From contig OZ240245.1 of the NCBI GenBank assembly GCA_965198175.1, positions 2,272,001 to 2,336,000 on the forward strand: a stretch of DNA of 64,000 nt. The letters run 5' to 3'. Each line of letters starts with the position of its first letter. Position 1 is the stretch's first letter. The notes beneath the pieces are model-generated. The model worked only from the letters and a program-made list of their open reading frames with translations. It ran no database searches and was not told the origin of the DNA. Positions 41,079 through 52,022 of this stretch are shown in pieces. Source of the stretch: Candidatus Poribacteria bacterium. Lineage in GTDB: Bacteria > Poribacteria > WGA-4E > PCPOR2b. Both the position numbers and the translations under genes were made by a program.

Positions 41079-42494
41079 TCAGGGAAAGATTCCCAATTCC
41101 AGATAAGATCGAGCAACCTTGTTGATTGCACTGATGAAGGAAGCTACTCTGAGATCTGTTTCTCTTGCATGTTGTTTCTGGATTTCTCTGATTTCGTGAT
41201 AGGCGTCAATCATCGTATCCTCAAGACCGGAGTTTACTAGGTCGAGCTCACCCGCGCCGCGCGATAATCGGCTGACTTCTTTTTCTGGGAACGCTTTTCC
41301 TGTCATTTTTTCGATTGCACTCAACATGTTTTGGTTTGAGCTTTCTTCAAAACGTTTCTCTAACCGTCCAAACCGCACATGCGATAGATTCTTAAGCCAC
41401 TCGAAATAGGAAACCGTTACCCCACCTGCATTCAGATACGAATCGGGAAGAATCATTGCGCCTTTCTCCTTGAGTATGTCGTGCGCCGCGGGTGTCGTTG
41501 GGCCGTTTGCCGCTTCCCCGATAATCTTAGCCTGAATGCGCGGTGCGTTTTCGTGCGTAATCTGATTTTCCAGCGCAGCGGGAATGAGAATGTCACACGC
41601 CAACTCAAGGGCTTCCGAGGAAAGCTCGATATTGGTCGCGTCGGGAAAATTAAGAATCGATCCACTCTCGCGTCGATGTTCCATAACCCTTTCGAGTTCT
41701 AATCCCTTTGCATTGTAGATTGCCCCTTCATACTCGGCCAATCCACAAATAACGGCGCCGCTTTCTTGCAAAAATTTTGCAACGTGGTACCCCACATTTC
41801 CGAGCCCCTGCACGACGACCGATTTGCCCTCCAGTCCCGGAGATAGACCGAGCGGCTTCATATCCTCCGCAAGACTACAAGCTTCACGGATGCCGAAGTA
41901 TACCCCTCTGCCAGTCGCCTCCCTCCTTCCACGGATTCCGCCCTGCGATATCGGCTTTCCGGTGACACACGCCATCACCTCCAGCTTCTCTGGAGCCAGC
42001 GCATTGTAGGTGCCAAAAATCCACGCCATTTCACGTCCGCTCGTTCCGTAGTCCGGAGCTGGCACATCAACGCCAGGACCGATGAAATTCTTCATTACCA
42101 ATTCATAGGTATAGCGCCGTGTGATACGTTCGAGTTCGCCAGGCGAAAATTTCCATTTCGCGATCTTGATTCCGCCCTTGGCGCCTCCGAACGGCACATC
42201 GACGATGGCGCATTTATATGTCATCAGTGCGGCGAGCGCCATAACTTCATCTTCATTGACCAACATACTATAGCGGATGCCGCCCTTCGTCGGCAGTTTG
42301 TGATGACTGTGTTCCGCCCGCCACGCGTGAATCGTCTCAATCGTACCGTCATCCTTTTCGAGAGGAAAGGTCATGTGATAAACGCTGTTACAAATTTTGA
42401 TTTGCTCTAACAGACCGGGGTGATGGGGTGTGAGTCTAGCAGCCTTGTCGAAGTTCAGATTGACCTGTTCAAAAAAAGGGGTTGTCTCTGACAT
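41079..42494 (-). CDS. gdhA: Glutamate dehydrogenase (Glu/Leu/Phe/Val family)
   Basis: [26 protein letters not shown] and [12 protein letters not shown]. Confidence 0.95.
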   Translation of the reverse strand: MSETTPFFEQVNLNFDKAARLTPHHPGLLEQIKICNSVYHMTFPLEKDDGTIETIHAWRAEHSHHKLPTKGGIRYSMLVNEDEVMALAALMTYKCAIVDVPFGGAKGGIKIAKWKFSPGELERITRRYTYELVMKNFIGPGVDVPAPDYGTSGREMAWIFGTYNALAPEKLEVMACVTGKPISQGGIRGRREATGRGVYFGIREACSLAEDMKPLGLSPGLEGKSVVVQGLGNVGYHVAKFLQESGAVICGLAEYEGAIYNAKGLELERVMEHRRESGSILNFPDATNIELSSEALELACDILIPAALENQITHENAPRIQAKIIGEAANGPTTPAAHDILKEKGAMILPDSYLNAGGVTVSYFEWLKNLSHVRFGRLEKRFEESSNQNMLSAIEKMTGKAFPEKEVSRLSRGAGELDLVNSGLEDTMIDAYHEIREIQKQHARETDLRVASFISAINKVARSYLELGIFP

Positions 42495-42776
42495 TGCACA
42501 CGCTCCTGTGAAAAGAAAAATAGTGCCTAATGGCGAGGCGAATCACGCTCCCTGCTCGTTACGCGTCCGTCGTTTAGCTCATCTTAATCTTGGAAACTTC
42601 AATTCTATCATAGCACAGCTAGACAATTAAGACAACGGTTTAATTCACCCGCTTTTTCCTTCTAAAGTGAGGATAAGGCGCGTCGTCGAAAACTGTAATT
42701 GTGGATGCATCTTCCCACTGGTGCGGCAAGCAATTCCAATTAAAGATTGATTACGGCGTGTGATTACGTTGATGAG

Positions 42777-43345
42777 ATGAGGGATGCTCAATTGGTTCGC
42801 CGGACTCTAGAAGGTAATGAAGACGGCTTTACGGCGCTTTATAACCGCTACAGAGGCCGCTTGTTCGCATATGCCTACAGGCGAATGGGCGACCGTGATG
42901 ATGCGCAAACCCTTGTCCAAGACGCATTTCTCAGGGTCTCCAAGTATCTCGGCGAACTCTGCCAGCCGGAAAAGTTCGCAAGTTAGATGTTCAGCATCGC
43001 ATCTCAACTCTTTACGGGGATGTACCGAGAGGGACAGAGACAAATTGAGTGTATATCGCTTTTCTCAGGTTTCTTGCGAATCGCAATCACTTGAGGTGAC
43101 TGTGGGTTGCGGGTATTGAGCATTGGAAGACCGAGCAACGTGCAGAAATTCACGTCTTGCGCGGCTTGGAGAAGAGACTTTACGGGGTAATTGCACAGGT
43201 TCTTGACAGGAGGCGATTGCCATTACTCCTGCGAAGGAAGGGTATGCGTTGCGAAGAGATTGCTCAAGCGTTGGATATCACCGAAGCCGCTGTGAAAAAA
43301 TCGGTTGACTCGTGCGCGAGAAGAAGTGAAGCATCTGATACGTGA
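42777..43345 (+). pseudogene. ECF sigma factor pseudogene
   Basis: Region 2 (DAQTLVQDAFLR...FAS*MFSIA) has TAG at 42984-42986 where Trp is expected. Region 4 (EEIAQALDITEAAVK) is frameshifted at the A6 run 43295-43300, before NRLTRAREE. Confidence 0.85.
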
Positions 43346-43546
43346 ACCTGATACTGTCAAACCCAGCAAACTCTGTTGTAGTAAGGCTCCGGAAAAACTG
43401 ATGTGGAGGGTAACACCTGCATAGTATTTTTTGAAAACAGCAACCCGGCCGTTTCTGATTGGATGCTGATGTCTATGGGATTGGTTTTTTACTTGATAAA
43501 ATTTGAAAGGAATTTTAAGATGACGAGTTGAACCATCAATGACCCC

Positions 43547-43572
43547 GCCCCAGTGAGTAATCTCACTGGGGC
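43547..43572. terminator. 11-bp stem hairpin, possible terminator
   Basis: GCCCCAGTGAG-TAAT-CTCACTGGGGC; weak T tract. Confidence 0.45.
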
Positions 43573-43755
43573 ATTTCCATCACTCACTGCAGTTAAGAAG
43601 ATAAGATTGATCTCCTCGTGACGTGACGAAAAACGGATTGAAAGTCTGTCTCTCTGACATTTTGAATCGCATTTAGTAGTTTTGGGATTGACATCGGAAT
43701 TTGGGTCTCAACAGCCTGAGGAAAATACTCTGCACAACGAAAGGTTAAATTGTTT

Positions 43756-43935
43756 ATGAATAGCGAAGAAATACGATGGAAGGCTCGTTATCGCGCTGCC
43801 AGAAAACATGGCAAGCCTTTTAACGATCCGCCCCCAACCGAATTTTGCAAGCAATTAATGGAACGACATCAATTGGAGAAGGAGGCGGAAGAAGAATTTG
43901 CTCCGCCCGCCGCTGCCAGCAATCAAAGAAACTAG
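43756..43935 (+). CDS. Small hypothetical protein
   Basis: ORF of about 59 aa, weak RBS AAGG; no family recognised. Confidence 0.35.
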   Translation: MNSEEIRWKARYRAARKHGKPFNDPPPTEFCKQLMERHQLEKEAEEEFAPPAAASNQRN

Positions 43936-44010
43936 GATGGCTTATCACGGATTTCTTCAAGTCTATCAATAATAACGTGGAGTAATTCAATCATTGTTTG
44001 AAGTTGTTCT

Positions 44011-44682
44011 TCAGACATTGTATAATCCTCCATTGGGTTCTGGTTGATGTTGCGTTATATGTCCTCGCCTTCGTATTGGCACTCGGGGGACTGGGGCTTT
44101 ACAATTAATTGGTTGTTGAAGTGGCGGAGGTAGAACTAATAAGGGGGCGACTTGACGACTATTGCCATTTTTGTCAGAGATAACCATGTATCCCCCTTGA
44201 TAATCTGCCCAAATGCTAAGGCTTGTTCTTATTGTTTCGTTTTTGCCATACAAACATAATCCCGAGCTTGCACCAGCAAGCAACTCAATTCCGCATTCGC
44301 CCGTCCTGCCATTTATATCTAGTGATGGCTGCCTTGCGTCCAACACAATTGCTTCTTTTTTTCCATGGACATCGGCCATCGTAATTTTACCACCACCAGA
44401 CATTTGTCCTACAAGGCTAATTGACGGAATAGAATTGGGATCGATAGAACTGGAATCATAGATAGCTATTTTGCCGGCATGGAAAGGCCAACTCTCGTCT
44501 ATTCCTAACCAAACATATCTAAGTCCGGACGAATCATGTGGGTCAACTATAGATAGCGAAGTGCACTCAATATCGCCGAATTTATCATGCTCCGCATTGA
44601 GCGGAGAAATAGCCACACCGATTGCAACCAAAACGCCCCCGAGGGCGATGTGTGCGAGTCTCTGTACTAGGTTCATAAACAT
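44011..44682 (-). CDS. Hypothetical secreted beta-rich protein
   Basis: RBS AAGGAG; signal peptide then KFGDIECTSLSIVD and Gly-rich beta repeats. The Pro-rich C-terminus may be off-frame. Confidence 0.6.
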   Translation of the reverse strand: MFMNLVQRLAHIALGGVLVAIGVAISPLNAEHDKFGDIECTSLSIVDPHDSSGLRYVWLGIDESWPFHAGKIAIYDSSSIDPNSIPSISLVGQMSGGGKITMADVHGKKEAIVLDARQPSLDINGRTGECGIELLAGASSGLCLYGKNETIRTSLSIWADYQGGYMVISDKNGNSRQVAPLLVLPPPLQQPINCKAPVPRVPIRRRGHITQHQPEPNGGLYNV

Positions 44683-44700
44683 CTCCTTTGCGGTATAAAC

Positions 44701-44722
44701 GGGGGAGGCCGGAGCCTCCCCC
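44701..44722. repeat. GC-rich hairpin, copy 1
   Basis: GGGGGAGGC-CGGA-GCCTCCCCC. Confidence 0.9.
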
Positions 44723-44914
44723 AAGTAAGTTAAATGTTGAGGTATGGAATGAAAACAGACATATCCTTTCCAATTACGAACATTGGCGGAGAAGCAATGA
44801 AGTTAATGTTAAAAGACATGGGCTTTTACAAAAACTACGACATACCATCAGGTATAAGAACTATATCAAGACTAATGGTTGAGCATCTTCAATTGATTCA
44901 GGACAACAACGACG

Positions 44915-45112
44915 TTACGAACGCTCCTCTATTACCGAGGTAGCTTTCTCCACATCTTTTAATGTGTTTGCCAATACGGCCATTAGCGCATTAATCTCAC
45001 TGTCAGTGGCATAATGCGTATGAAAGTTTCCGGCTTTTCTCAATTCTCCATTAAGTGCGTTAAGTAGGTCACACAAATTGACACGCATGTGTTCACTCGA
45101 TGGTGGATTCAA
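44915..45112 (-). CDS. Small hypothetical protein
   Basis: GGAGG RBS before TTG; 65-aa ORF with predicted helical character. Confidence 0.5.
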   Translation of the reverse strand: MNPPSSEHMRVNLCDLLNALNGELRKAGNFHTHYATDSEINALMAVLANTLKDVEKATSVIEERS

Positions 45113-45136
45113 GTAATTCCTCCGTTGTAAAGTTGA

Positions 45137-45156
45137 GGGGAGGCCGGAGCCTCCCC
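45137..45156. repeat. GC-rich hairpin, copy 2
   Basis: GGGGAGGC-CGGA-GCCTCCCC, identical core to 44702-44721. Confidence 0.9.
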
Positions 45157-45168
45157 GCGGGTTGGAGG

Positions 45169-45903
45169 TTAGTAACCCATTCGCGCTAAAGCGACACTGG
45201 CTTCTTTGCGGGTAAGGTTACATCTAAGCGTTAAAAACTTACGAATAGCTGTCCTGGCTGTGAGCTTATAACGCCTCTGAAACTCTCGAACCTTCTTAGT
45301 CGCCGTTTCAGCCTCGTGTGGTGAAAAATCCAATTGGTAAATGAACCGCTCCTGCAATGTTGGCGGTGATGGAAGCGGTCGTATTCGCGGACGTTTCGCT
45401 TTCGCCTTTGAATCACGGACTTGGATTTCCCGAACTCTGTGGGTTATGTCAACCAATGCTGCCGACAAGATTTTAGGATCTCCGCCATTGCGAAGATACC
45501 TATTACTTGCAGTCTCTAAGTCAACATTATTTAGGATAGCAAATATCAATGCTGCCGCCACGTCGGCAACCGACTCTTTGCGTTGGCGGCTTTGTTTCTT
45601 CGCTTCTCGCAATTGAAACCGAAGGAGTTCGGCTTGGGCATTCAGTAGATTGGCTTCCGCTTTGTCTCGTTTCGATTGAGACTGTGCACTTAGATGTTGC
45701 AGTAGCCGTCCACTGACCTGCGAGTCTATCAATCGCTTTTCTACTGGGGGGCCACCAAAGTTTAACCGCCGAAGCCCGGTGCGTCTGACATCAATATCAT
45801 AGGTTCTATATCCGGGATACAAAGTTTGTTCCCGAACATCAACGTGATACCTGTCCTGTGCGTTGGCACTTTGGACAACCAATGTGACAACAACCAAAAA
45901 CAA
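45169..45903 (-). CDS. Hypothetical exported basic protein
   Basis: Signal-like LFLVVVTLVVQSANA and a coiled-coil-like middle; true start possibly ATT at 45933. Confidence 0.55.
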   Translation of the reverse strand: MFLVVVTLVVQSANAQDRYHVDVREQTLYPGYRTYDIDVRRTGLRRLNFGGPPVEKRLIDSQVSGRLLQHLSAQSQSKRDKAEANLLNAQAELLRFQLREAKKQSRQRKESVADVAAALIFAILNNVDLETASNRYLRNGGDPKILSAALVDITHRVREIQVRDSKAKAKRPRIRPLPSPPTLQERFIYQLDFSPHEAETATKKVREFQRRYKLTARTAIRKFLTLRCNLTRKEASVALARMGY

Positions 45904-45998
45904 CGTGGTGCGTTTTGAATACCTACCGAGAATTGCTACTCACCTCAATTGATGTACTCACCCTAATCCCTATGCGCAGTTCCTACACGATGTTTCGC

Positions 45999-47612
45999 TC
46001 ACCGTACGGGCTTCATTTCTCCTGACACGTAACGGTTCCAATAGTCCCTGACTTTTACTAGAACTCTTGGCGCCAAGATGACACTGCCTACGATATTTGG
46101 GAAAGCCATACTGAGGATTAGCAAATCAGAAAATTTAAGTACATCTGTCAATGTATTGACCGCTCCAACGATAATAAAGCCGACAAAAACGACCCTGAAG
46201 ATGATGACGGTTTTTAAGCCTACGCCGCCAAAGTGATCTAACAGATAAACCCAACCCCGTTCGCCATAGTAACACCACGCAATCATTGTTGAGTAGGCGA
46301 AAAGCCCTATGCTAATTGTGAGAATATAAGGGAACCAGCCAATAGCACTCCCAAATGCTGCTGTTGTTAGGGCAACACCAGCATTTTGGGGGATATTAGG
46401 ATCGATCCAAGCCCCGGTGATAATCACTACTATAGCGGTCATAGTGCAGACAATGATGGTATCAATGAAGGGACCAATCATGCCGATGATGCCTTCCCGT
46501 ACGGGTTCATCAGTCTTCGCCGCCGCATGGGCGATAGCGGCACTGCCAAGCCCGGCTTCGTTCGAGAACGAAGCGCGCTTGATACCCCAGACAAATACGC
46601 CAACAATACCACCATAGAACGCATTCTCCGTGAACGCCATAGCAAAAATCAAACCGATAGTCTCAGGCACCTTGGTAATGTTTGAAAGAATGATGAAGAG
46701 CGAAGCGACAACGTAAATGCCGCACATCGCCGGGACGATTCTGGATGTTGCCGCGCCAATCCGCTTGATCCCGCCAATAATGACTATCCCGACCAGCACC
46801 GCCATGATGATACCAATGAGCCAGTTGAAGCTGTCTGGAATCCCGAACGTACTTCGAAACGCTTCGGCAGTCTGGTTGGCTTGGAACATGTTGCCGCCAC
46901 CAATCGCACCACCCATAATCATCACCGCATACATCACACCAAGGACTTTTCCAACGGGCTTCCAGAATCCACCCATTTGTTTCAACCCCAGGTCGACGTA
47001 ATACATCGCACCACCCGAGATGCTGCCATCGCGGTTTACCCGGCGATGCATCTGAGATAGAACGCAGGTGCAGAATTTCTCGGACATCCCGAACACCGCA
47101 GCGAACATCATCCAGAACACTGCCCCCGGACCGCCCAATTGAATCGCGATAGCGACGCCTGCGATATTACCAAGCCCCACTGTCGCTGAGAGAGCGCTTG
47201 TCAAGGCACGGAAATGGGAAATCTCGCCGGTGTCTTCCGGCTTATCATACTTCCCACGAATGACATCAATCGAGTGTTTGAGCCCTCGTACATTGATCCA
47301 GCGATACCAGAAAGTGAAAAAGATACCTCCCAGAATGAGAAGCATCACGAGAAAGGGAACTGGAACAACCTCTTTCACAGGATTGCCCATATCATCGTAA
47401 ATCGGCATTCCCTCCCGATCAACTTTGTCTATCCGGACGGTGCCAAAGGCGACATCAAAGAAAAAGACGGCATCAACGGCTTCATTTACCGTAGCGAGGA
47501 CTGTCGGTGTTTCCTCCGCTTGCGCCCACGCGGACGTAGCAATTGGAATTGTCAGCAGCACCAGAATTACAGCTAACATCTTACTGTAAAGCAATAAGAT
47601 TTCTCCTTTCAT
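45999..47612 (-). CDS. Alanine/glycine:cation symporter (AgcS/AlsT family)
   Basis: ATVGLGNIAGVA, GGPGAVFWM, FSNEAGLGSA and FAYSTMIAW. Confidence 0.95.
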   Translation of the reverse strand: MKGEILLLYSKMLAVILVLLTIPIATSAWAQAEETPTVLATVNEAVDAVFFFDVAFGTVRIDKVDREGMPIYDDMGNPVKEVVPVPFLVMLLILGGIFFTFWYRWINVRGLKHSIDVIRGKYDKPEDTGEISHFRALTSALSATVGLGNIAGVAIAIQLGGPGAVFWMMFAAVFGMSEKFCTCVLSQMHRRVNRDGSISGGAMYYVDLGLKQMGGFWKPVGKVLGVMYAVMIMGGAIGGGNMFQANQTAEAFRSTFGIPDSFNWLIGIIMAVLVGIVIIGGIKRIGAATSRIVPAMCGIYVVASLFIILSNITKVPETIGLIFAMAFTENAFYGGIVGVFVWGIKRASFSNEAGLGSAAIAHAAAKTDEPVREGIIGMIGPFIDTIIVCTMTAIVVIITGAWIDPNIPQNAGVALTTAAFGSAIGWFPYILTISIGLFAYSTMIAWCYYGERGWVYLLDHFGGVGLKTVIIFRVVFVGFIIVGAVNTLTDVLKFSDLLILSMAFPNIVGSVILAPRVLVKVRDYWNRYVSGEMKPVR

Positions 47613-47630
47613 TTTTGTTCATTCTGAACA

Positions 47631-48449
47631 TTACTCTTGTACAGCAACGACCTGGCGAAAATCAAACTCAAAATCAACTTTTGACCGACTCTCCTCCCCG
47701 TTAATTATTATGACGTTGGGAATGATAACGCTCACATCCGTTGCCTCAAGATCAAGCCGATCAAACACCAATAGCCCACTGCGTTTGGCACCCCGAAAAA
47801 GTTTGCCTCCATCGAAGATGGTCTCTCGAGCAACGTTTCGGGTGTCGTTCACGTGATACGGGTCTGAATAGGTGTGGTATACTCGGTAGGGCGGATGATA
47901 ACGGTAACGATGAAGATGCCCATAGTAATAATGACGGTAAGGGCTACGGTAAAGGGAGCGAGGATAAGGATAGGAATACCGATGCCCGATGTCGTGATAG
48001 ACAACTGTTCGAGGGTCGGAATTGTCATAGAAATCGCTAAAAAAGCCGTACGGCAACGAAGCGTACTGATCTCCGTGCGCATCAATTAAAAACCCGGTTT
48101 CGTCAATCACGACCCGCTTATTATCAATGTTACGTACGCGGACGCCAAAAACAGTATACAACGGATCAATGTTTCTCCCATCCGAAACAAGATAAGGGTT
48201 GATGCTAGGGTCTTCTGTTAGCTCAAATAGCTTAACTCCATCAAGCGGTTCAAGCGTAATACGGACACCTTTCTGTTCTAATGTAATCGAACCTGCTTGG
48301 GGATTGATTTGAGCCTTCTCGCCCTTAGCGACAGGCTCCATGTAGATATCGACATGCGGTTTGAGACCACAGCCCACTAGGGAGCTGGTGGCCGCCATCA
48401 AGAAAAGTAAGCCCCAAAACTTTTGGTACATCATTTGTCGCTCCTCCAT
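47631..48449 (-). CDS. Hypothetical lipoprotein with Tyr/His/Arg-rich segment
   Basis: Lipobox LVGC; RBS GGAGG. Confidence 0.7.
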   Translation of the reverse strand: MEERQMMYQKFWGLLFLMAATSSLVGCGLKPHVDIYMEPVAKGEKAQINPQAGSITLEQKGVRITLEPLDGVKLFELTEDPSINPYLVSDGRNIDPLYTVFGVRVRNIDNKRVVIDETGFLIDAHGDQYASLPYGFFSDFYDNSDPRTVVYHDIGHRYSYPYPRSLYRSPYRHYYYGHLHRYRYHPPYRVYHTYSDPYHVNDTRNVARETIFDGGKLFRGAKRSGLLVFDRLDLEATDVSVIIPNVIIINGEESRSKVDFEFDFRQVVAVQE

Positions 48450-48733
48450 TAAGAAATTGGTTAATTTGCCACTTCAACCTAAACGGAGCAATTTAGATGC
48501 CATCAGCCGTTCCCTCAATGACTAGGGTTAGACGGGAGTTATAACATGAGATTCTGTATCGCCTGTGGCAAGCACGATACAATACTGTAGCAAAAGTGAA
48601 ACTAGAAATTTAATGCGGATTGTGAAACAATCAACGCCGCATGGACGATCATTTGGGCGTACACCCATTTCCAGTATGCTCATAGTTTAGCACAGTGTAG
48701 TAAAAATTGCAATTTCTTTTCATTTTCTTTCAT

Positions 48734-49306
48734 TTAGCTGTACTGACTCCATACAGATCGTACTACAATCAGTCCAATGACGGCGACAATAGCGGTAAGT
48801 GTACGCTTTTCACTCTTGAAGGAGCGGGAGATGGAAAAATCGTGCGAGGATGGATTGGCATAACGACGAATTCGAGGGACGAATCGGGGAACATCCGTAT
48901 AATAGTTTTCATAAGCGGAACCACAGAATTTTCGCAAATATGCCTCCTCAGATGCGATAATCGGTAGATACTGGGCAAAGTAGCCGACGATGAGCAAAGC
49001 AATCATCCAGTAGACATTAGCGATTAAACAGACACCGAAACTGATGAGCAAATTTCCCAAATAGAGTGGATTTCGGACATGGGCATAAGGACCTGTTGTT
49101 ACAAGGTTGCGTGCTGCGCTTAAATCTCGGGCGCGGGTACTGCCACCCGCATAACCAACAGTCCACAAACGGAACCACTCACCAAAGCACAAAAAGGGGA
49201 TTCCAATCAGTATAGAAATGGGAGTAGGATGAGAAAAATAAATTAGGAGGAGAACTAACGGTATGGGAGTCATGCTGCGCAGGCGAAAGAGAAAACGACC
49301 GATCAT
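48734..49306 (-). CDS. Isoprenylcysteine carboxylmethyltransferase/PEMT family membrane protein
   Basis: LVTTGPYAHVRNPLYLG, EEAYL and VPRFVP. Confidence 0.9.
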   Translation of the reverse strand: MIGRFLFRLRSMTPIPLVLLLIYFSHPTPISILIGIPFLCFGEWFRLWTVGYAGGSTRARDLSAARNLVTTGPYAHVRNPLYLGNLLISFGVCLIANVYWMIALLIVGYFAQYLPIIASEEAYLRKFCGSAYENYYTDVPRFVPRIRRYANPSSHDFSISRSFKSEKRTLTAIVAVIGLIVVRSVWSQYS

Positions 49307-49325
49307 TTTTTGTTCCCCAGTTTCC

Positions 49326-50387
49326 TCACTTGGGAGTTTTCCAAATCAACATACCGCCGATCATTGCGTAAATCACATTTGCGCCCCAACACGCTACAAT
49401 CGGTGATAACTTGCCATTTTCACCGAGTCCCTCTAGTGTTGCAAACGAAACGCCCCAATATAAAAAACTGAGAAAAAACGCTATCACCAACCCGGCGAAA
49501 AAACCAGCCTTGCCAAAGCGAATAGAAATCGGTGCACCCATTAAGACGACGACGAACGCTGCAAACGGATAAGCCAATTTGTGCTGTATCTTCACTTGTT
49601 CGCGTCGTATGGTTTGACCCGCACTACGCTTATACCGTATTTGCTGTCGTAACTCCTTAAGCGTCATCGCCCGAATATCTTTGTCGTTCCCCGCAAACCT
49701 TTCAGGGTTTTCTGATCGGTCAATTTGCTTGGTCTCAAATGGCTCAAAGGAAATCTCAACATCTTTCTCAATACGGCGAATAAAGCCATTGACGAGATGC
49801 CATTGGGTGGGTGACCATGTCACAGAATGCGCAAAAATTTCTTGTGCGAGATTTCCACTTGAATCGAACTCATAAATCGTCATCTGATCGATGTCTTCGT
49901 TCTCTAGATCCAAGGTCTGAATATAGAACAGTCGATTGTGTTGCCCTTTAAACACCACATTTCGACTTCGGCGTAACGGTATCTTCTTTTTCAACTGGTT
50001 CGCACGATGGTACGCAGGCGCAGCGATCTGATCATAGAATAGGGCAAAGAGAACGCAGATTAGGAGCGTAGAGGCGAGAATTGGGGCGATAATGCGATAG
50101 ACACTGACCGTCGCCATCTTCATCGCTGTGAGTTCATTGTTTCGGGTCATGCGTCCCAAAACAAAAAAGGTCGCGAGAAAACTGGCAAGTGGAACAACCT
50201 CCATAATTCGGCGTGGTGCCTGAAATAAAACAATCTGAATTGCAGTGGTGTAAGGGACATCTTCGTCAAACCGTTTGATGTCTTTATCAAGCAAGCGAAC
50301 AATAATTACAAGTGCAATAAAAAATGCAAGCGCCAATACAAATGTTCTTAGATATTCGGTAAGAATGTACCGGTCAAGGACGCTCAA
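49326..50387 (-). CDS. lptG: LPS export ABC permease LptG-like
   Basis: LDRYIL, NELTAM and a YjgP/Q TM pattern; overlaps the lptF stop. Confidence 0.85.
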   Translation of the reverse strand: MSVLDRYILTEYLRTFVLALAFFIALVIIVRLLDKDIKRFDEDVPYTTAIQIVLFQAPRRIMEVVPLASFLATFFVLGRMTRNNELTAMKMATVSVYRIIAPILASTLLICVLFALFYDQIAAPAYHRANQLKKKIPLRRSRNVVFKGQHNRLFYIQTLDLENEDIDQMTIYEFDSSGNLAQEIFAHSVTWSPTQWHLVNGFIRRIEKDVEISFEPFETKQIDRSENPERFAGNDKDIRAMTLKELRQQIRYKRSAGQTIRREQVKIQHKLAYPFAAFVVVLMGAPISIRFGKAGFFAGLVIAFFLSFLYWGVSFATLEGLGENGKLSPIVACWGANVIYAMIGGMLIWKTPK

Positions 50388-51604
50388 TCCAATTCTCCGA
50401 TTTGTTGCACTTCCGTTTTGTTCAAAACAATCGATGAAATTTCTCCCCGGTTTCGCCAAGCCGCGAATCTTCCTTCAAAAATCGTTATCGTAATGAATCC
50501 CAAGCCAATTGCTCCGATAGCAATGTTCGGCAACCAGATTGAAAGAACGGGTGACAGCCTGCCACTCTCTCCTGCTTCCTGTCCGAATTGTAAAATCAGA
50601 TAGTACACAAGAATTAGCGTAAGTCCAATACCCGTCCCAACCATTTTGCCGCTACGCTTCACTATTAATCCAAGCGGCACACCGATTAAACCGAAAACGA
50701 AACATGCAAAAGGAATTGAGAATCTCTTCTGATACTCAACCTGTGCACCCCGCGACTTTTTTGTAAGGAAGATGGACTTATTTCCCAGCGCAATACGTCT
50801 TTCGAGTCTTTTCATATGGGCTTCAAGGTTCGCTATCGACATACTTCGAGGGCTCTCAAATTCATATTCAGTCCTTTCCAGCGTCTCACTCAAATCGAGC
50901 GCGATTCGATGTTCTGCAAAAGAGGTCAGCCGGAAACCATCAGGCGCATTAGGGACGGGTTCGTAAGTTAAACCGTCGTAGAGTTTCAACCAAACCTGAC
51001 CGTGTTCAATCTCAATGTCCCCTGCTGTCGCGTGGATGAAACGCGGCTGTCCTGACCATATCGAATCCCACAGCTTAACATCTTGCAAGCGCTTGGTGTC
51101 TGGGGATGTCGATTCGTACATCCAGAGTTTTCCCTCGCGTTCCAATTCCTTCATAATTATCCCTTCTTCTAGGACGAAGGCTGGGTTTTGCATGTTGATA
51201 TCGCGCTTTAACGAAGCATAAGCGACATTTCCACGGGGCAAGGCGTAGTCCATAAAGATAAAATCAAAAACGCCAATCAAACTGGCAACTATCAGGAGTG
51301 GCAATAAGATTTGATGGAAACCGATTCCGTGGGATTTCATGGCAGCAATCTCGTTATCCGTCGAGAGTCTTCCCAGGGCAAGCAAAATTCCAACGAGAGT
51401 TGCCATGGGGATAGTCAAAACAAGTATTACTGGCAAGACATAAATCAGCAGTTCAATCAGATAGCCGGGGTTAATTCCCTTTTCCACAAAGCGCTTGGTC
51501 AGTCGGAAAGTTTCGTCAAGTAGCAGGATGGAGGTAAAGCATAGCAGCGCTAAGAAGAAGGGCGGGAAGAATTCTTTGAGCGCGTACCTAGTTAAGATTT
51601 TCAA
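50384..51604 (-). CDS. lptF: LPS export ABC permease LptF-like
   Basis: ILTRYALKE, GRLSTDNEIAAM, RFSIPFAC and WLPN. Confidence 0.85.
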   Translation of the reverse strand: MKILTRYALKEFFPPFFLALLCFTSILLLDETFRLTKRFVEKGINPGYLIELLIYVLPVILVLTIPMATLVGILLALGRLSTDNEIAAMKSHGIGFHQILLPLLIVASLIGVFDFIFMDYALPRGNVAYASLKRDINMQNPAFVLEEGIIMKELEREGKLWMYESTSPDTKRLQDVKLWDSIWSGQPRFIHATAGDIEIEHGQVWLKLYDGLTYEPVPNAPDGFRLTSFAEHRIALDLSETLERTEYEFESPRSMSIANLEAHMKRLERRIALGNKSIFLTKKSRGAQVEYQKRFSIPFACFVFGLIGVPLGLIVKRSGKMVGTGIGLTLILVYYLILQFGQEAGESGRLSPVLSIWLPNIAIGAIGLGFITITIFEGRFAAWRNRGEISSIVLNKTEVQQIGELD

Positions 51605-52022
51605 GCCTGTATGACTCCGATTGCTGGTACAATGCACCTCAATAAGGTTAGTATATTTTACACCACACAAGTTCATATGTGCAAGATATTAGTTGCCACT
51701 CGCCAGTTCAATCTTCAGTAACACAAAACTTTATTCCGTTATAATTGTGTCGTTACAGAACTGGTAGACTTCCACTTCCAAAATCTTGGTGCATTCTTAG
51801 TTTGATTTTTCTATAGATTTCTTTCCAGCAAGGTTGCAACTGTGATGAAGATGTTGTATTATGCGACAAAGGACGATTGATATGACGTGCGTTTGCTGAC
51901 GGCCACAATGGATATAGAAGACGGAGGAGAATTTCCGATGTGGGCGTTGTTCCGCGCGGATTCAACACTGACGGTGCCGGTCAAAGGTTTGATGCGACTC
52001 CATTCATCATCCGGAGGACAAA

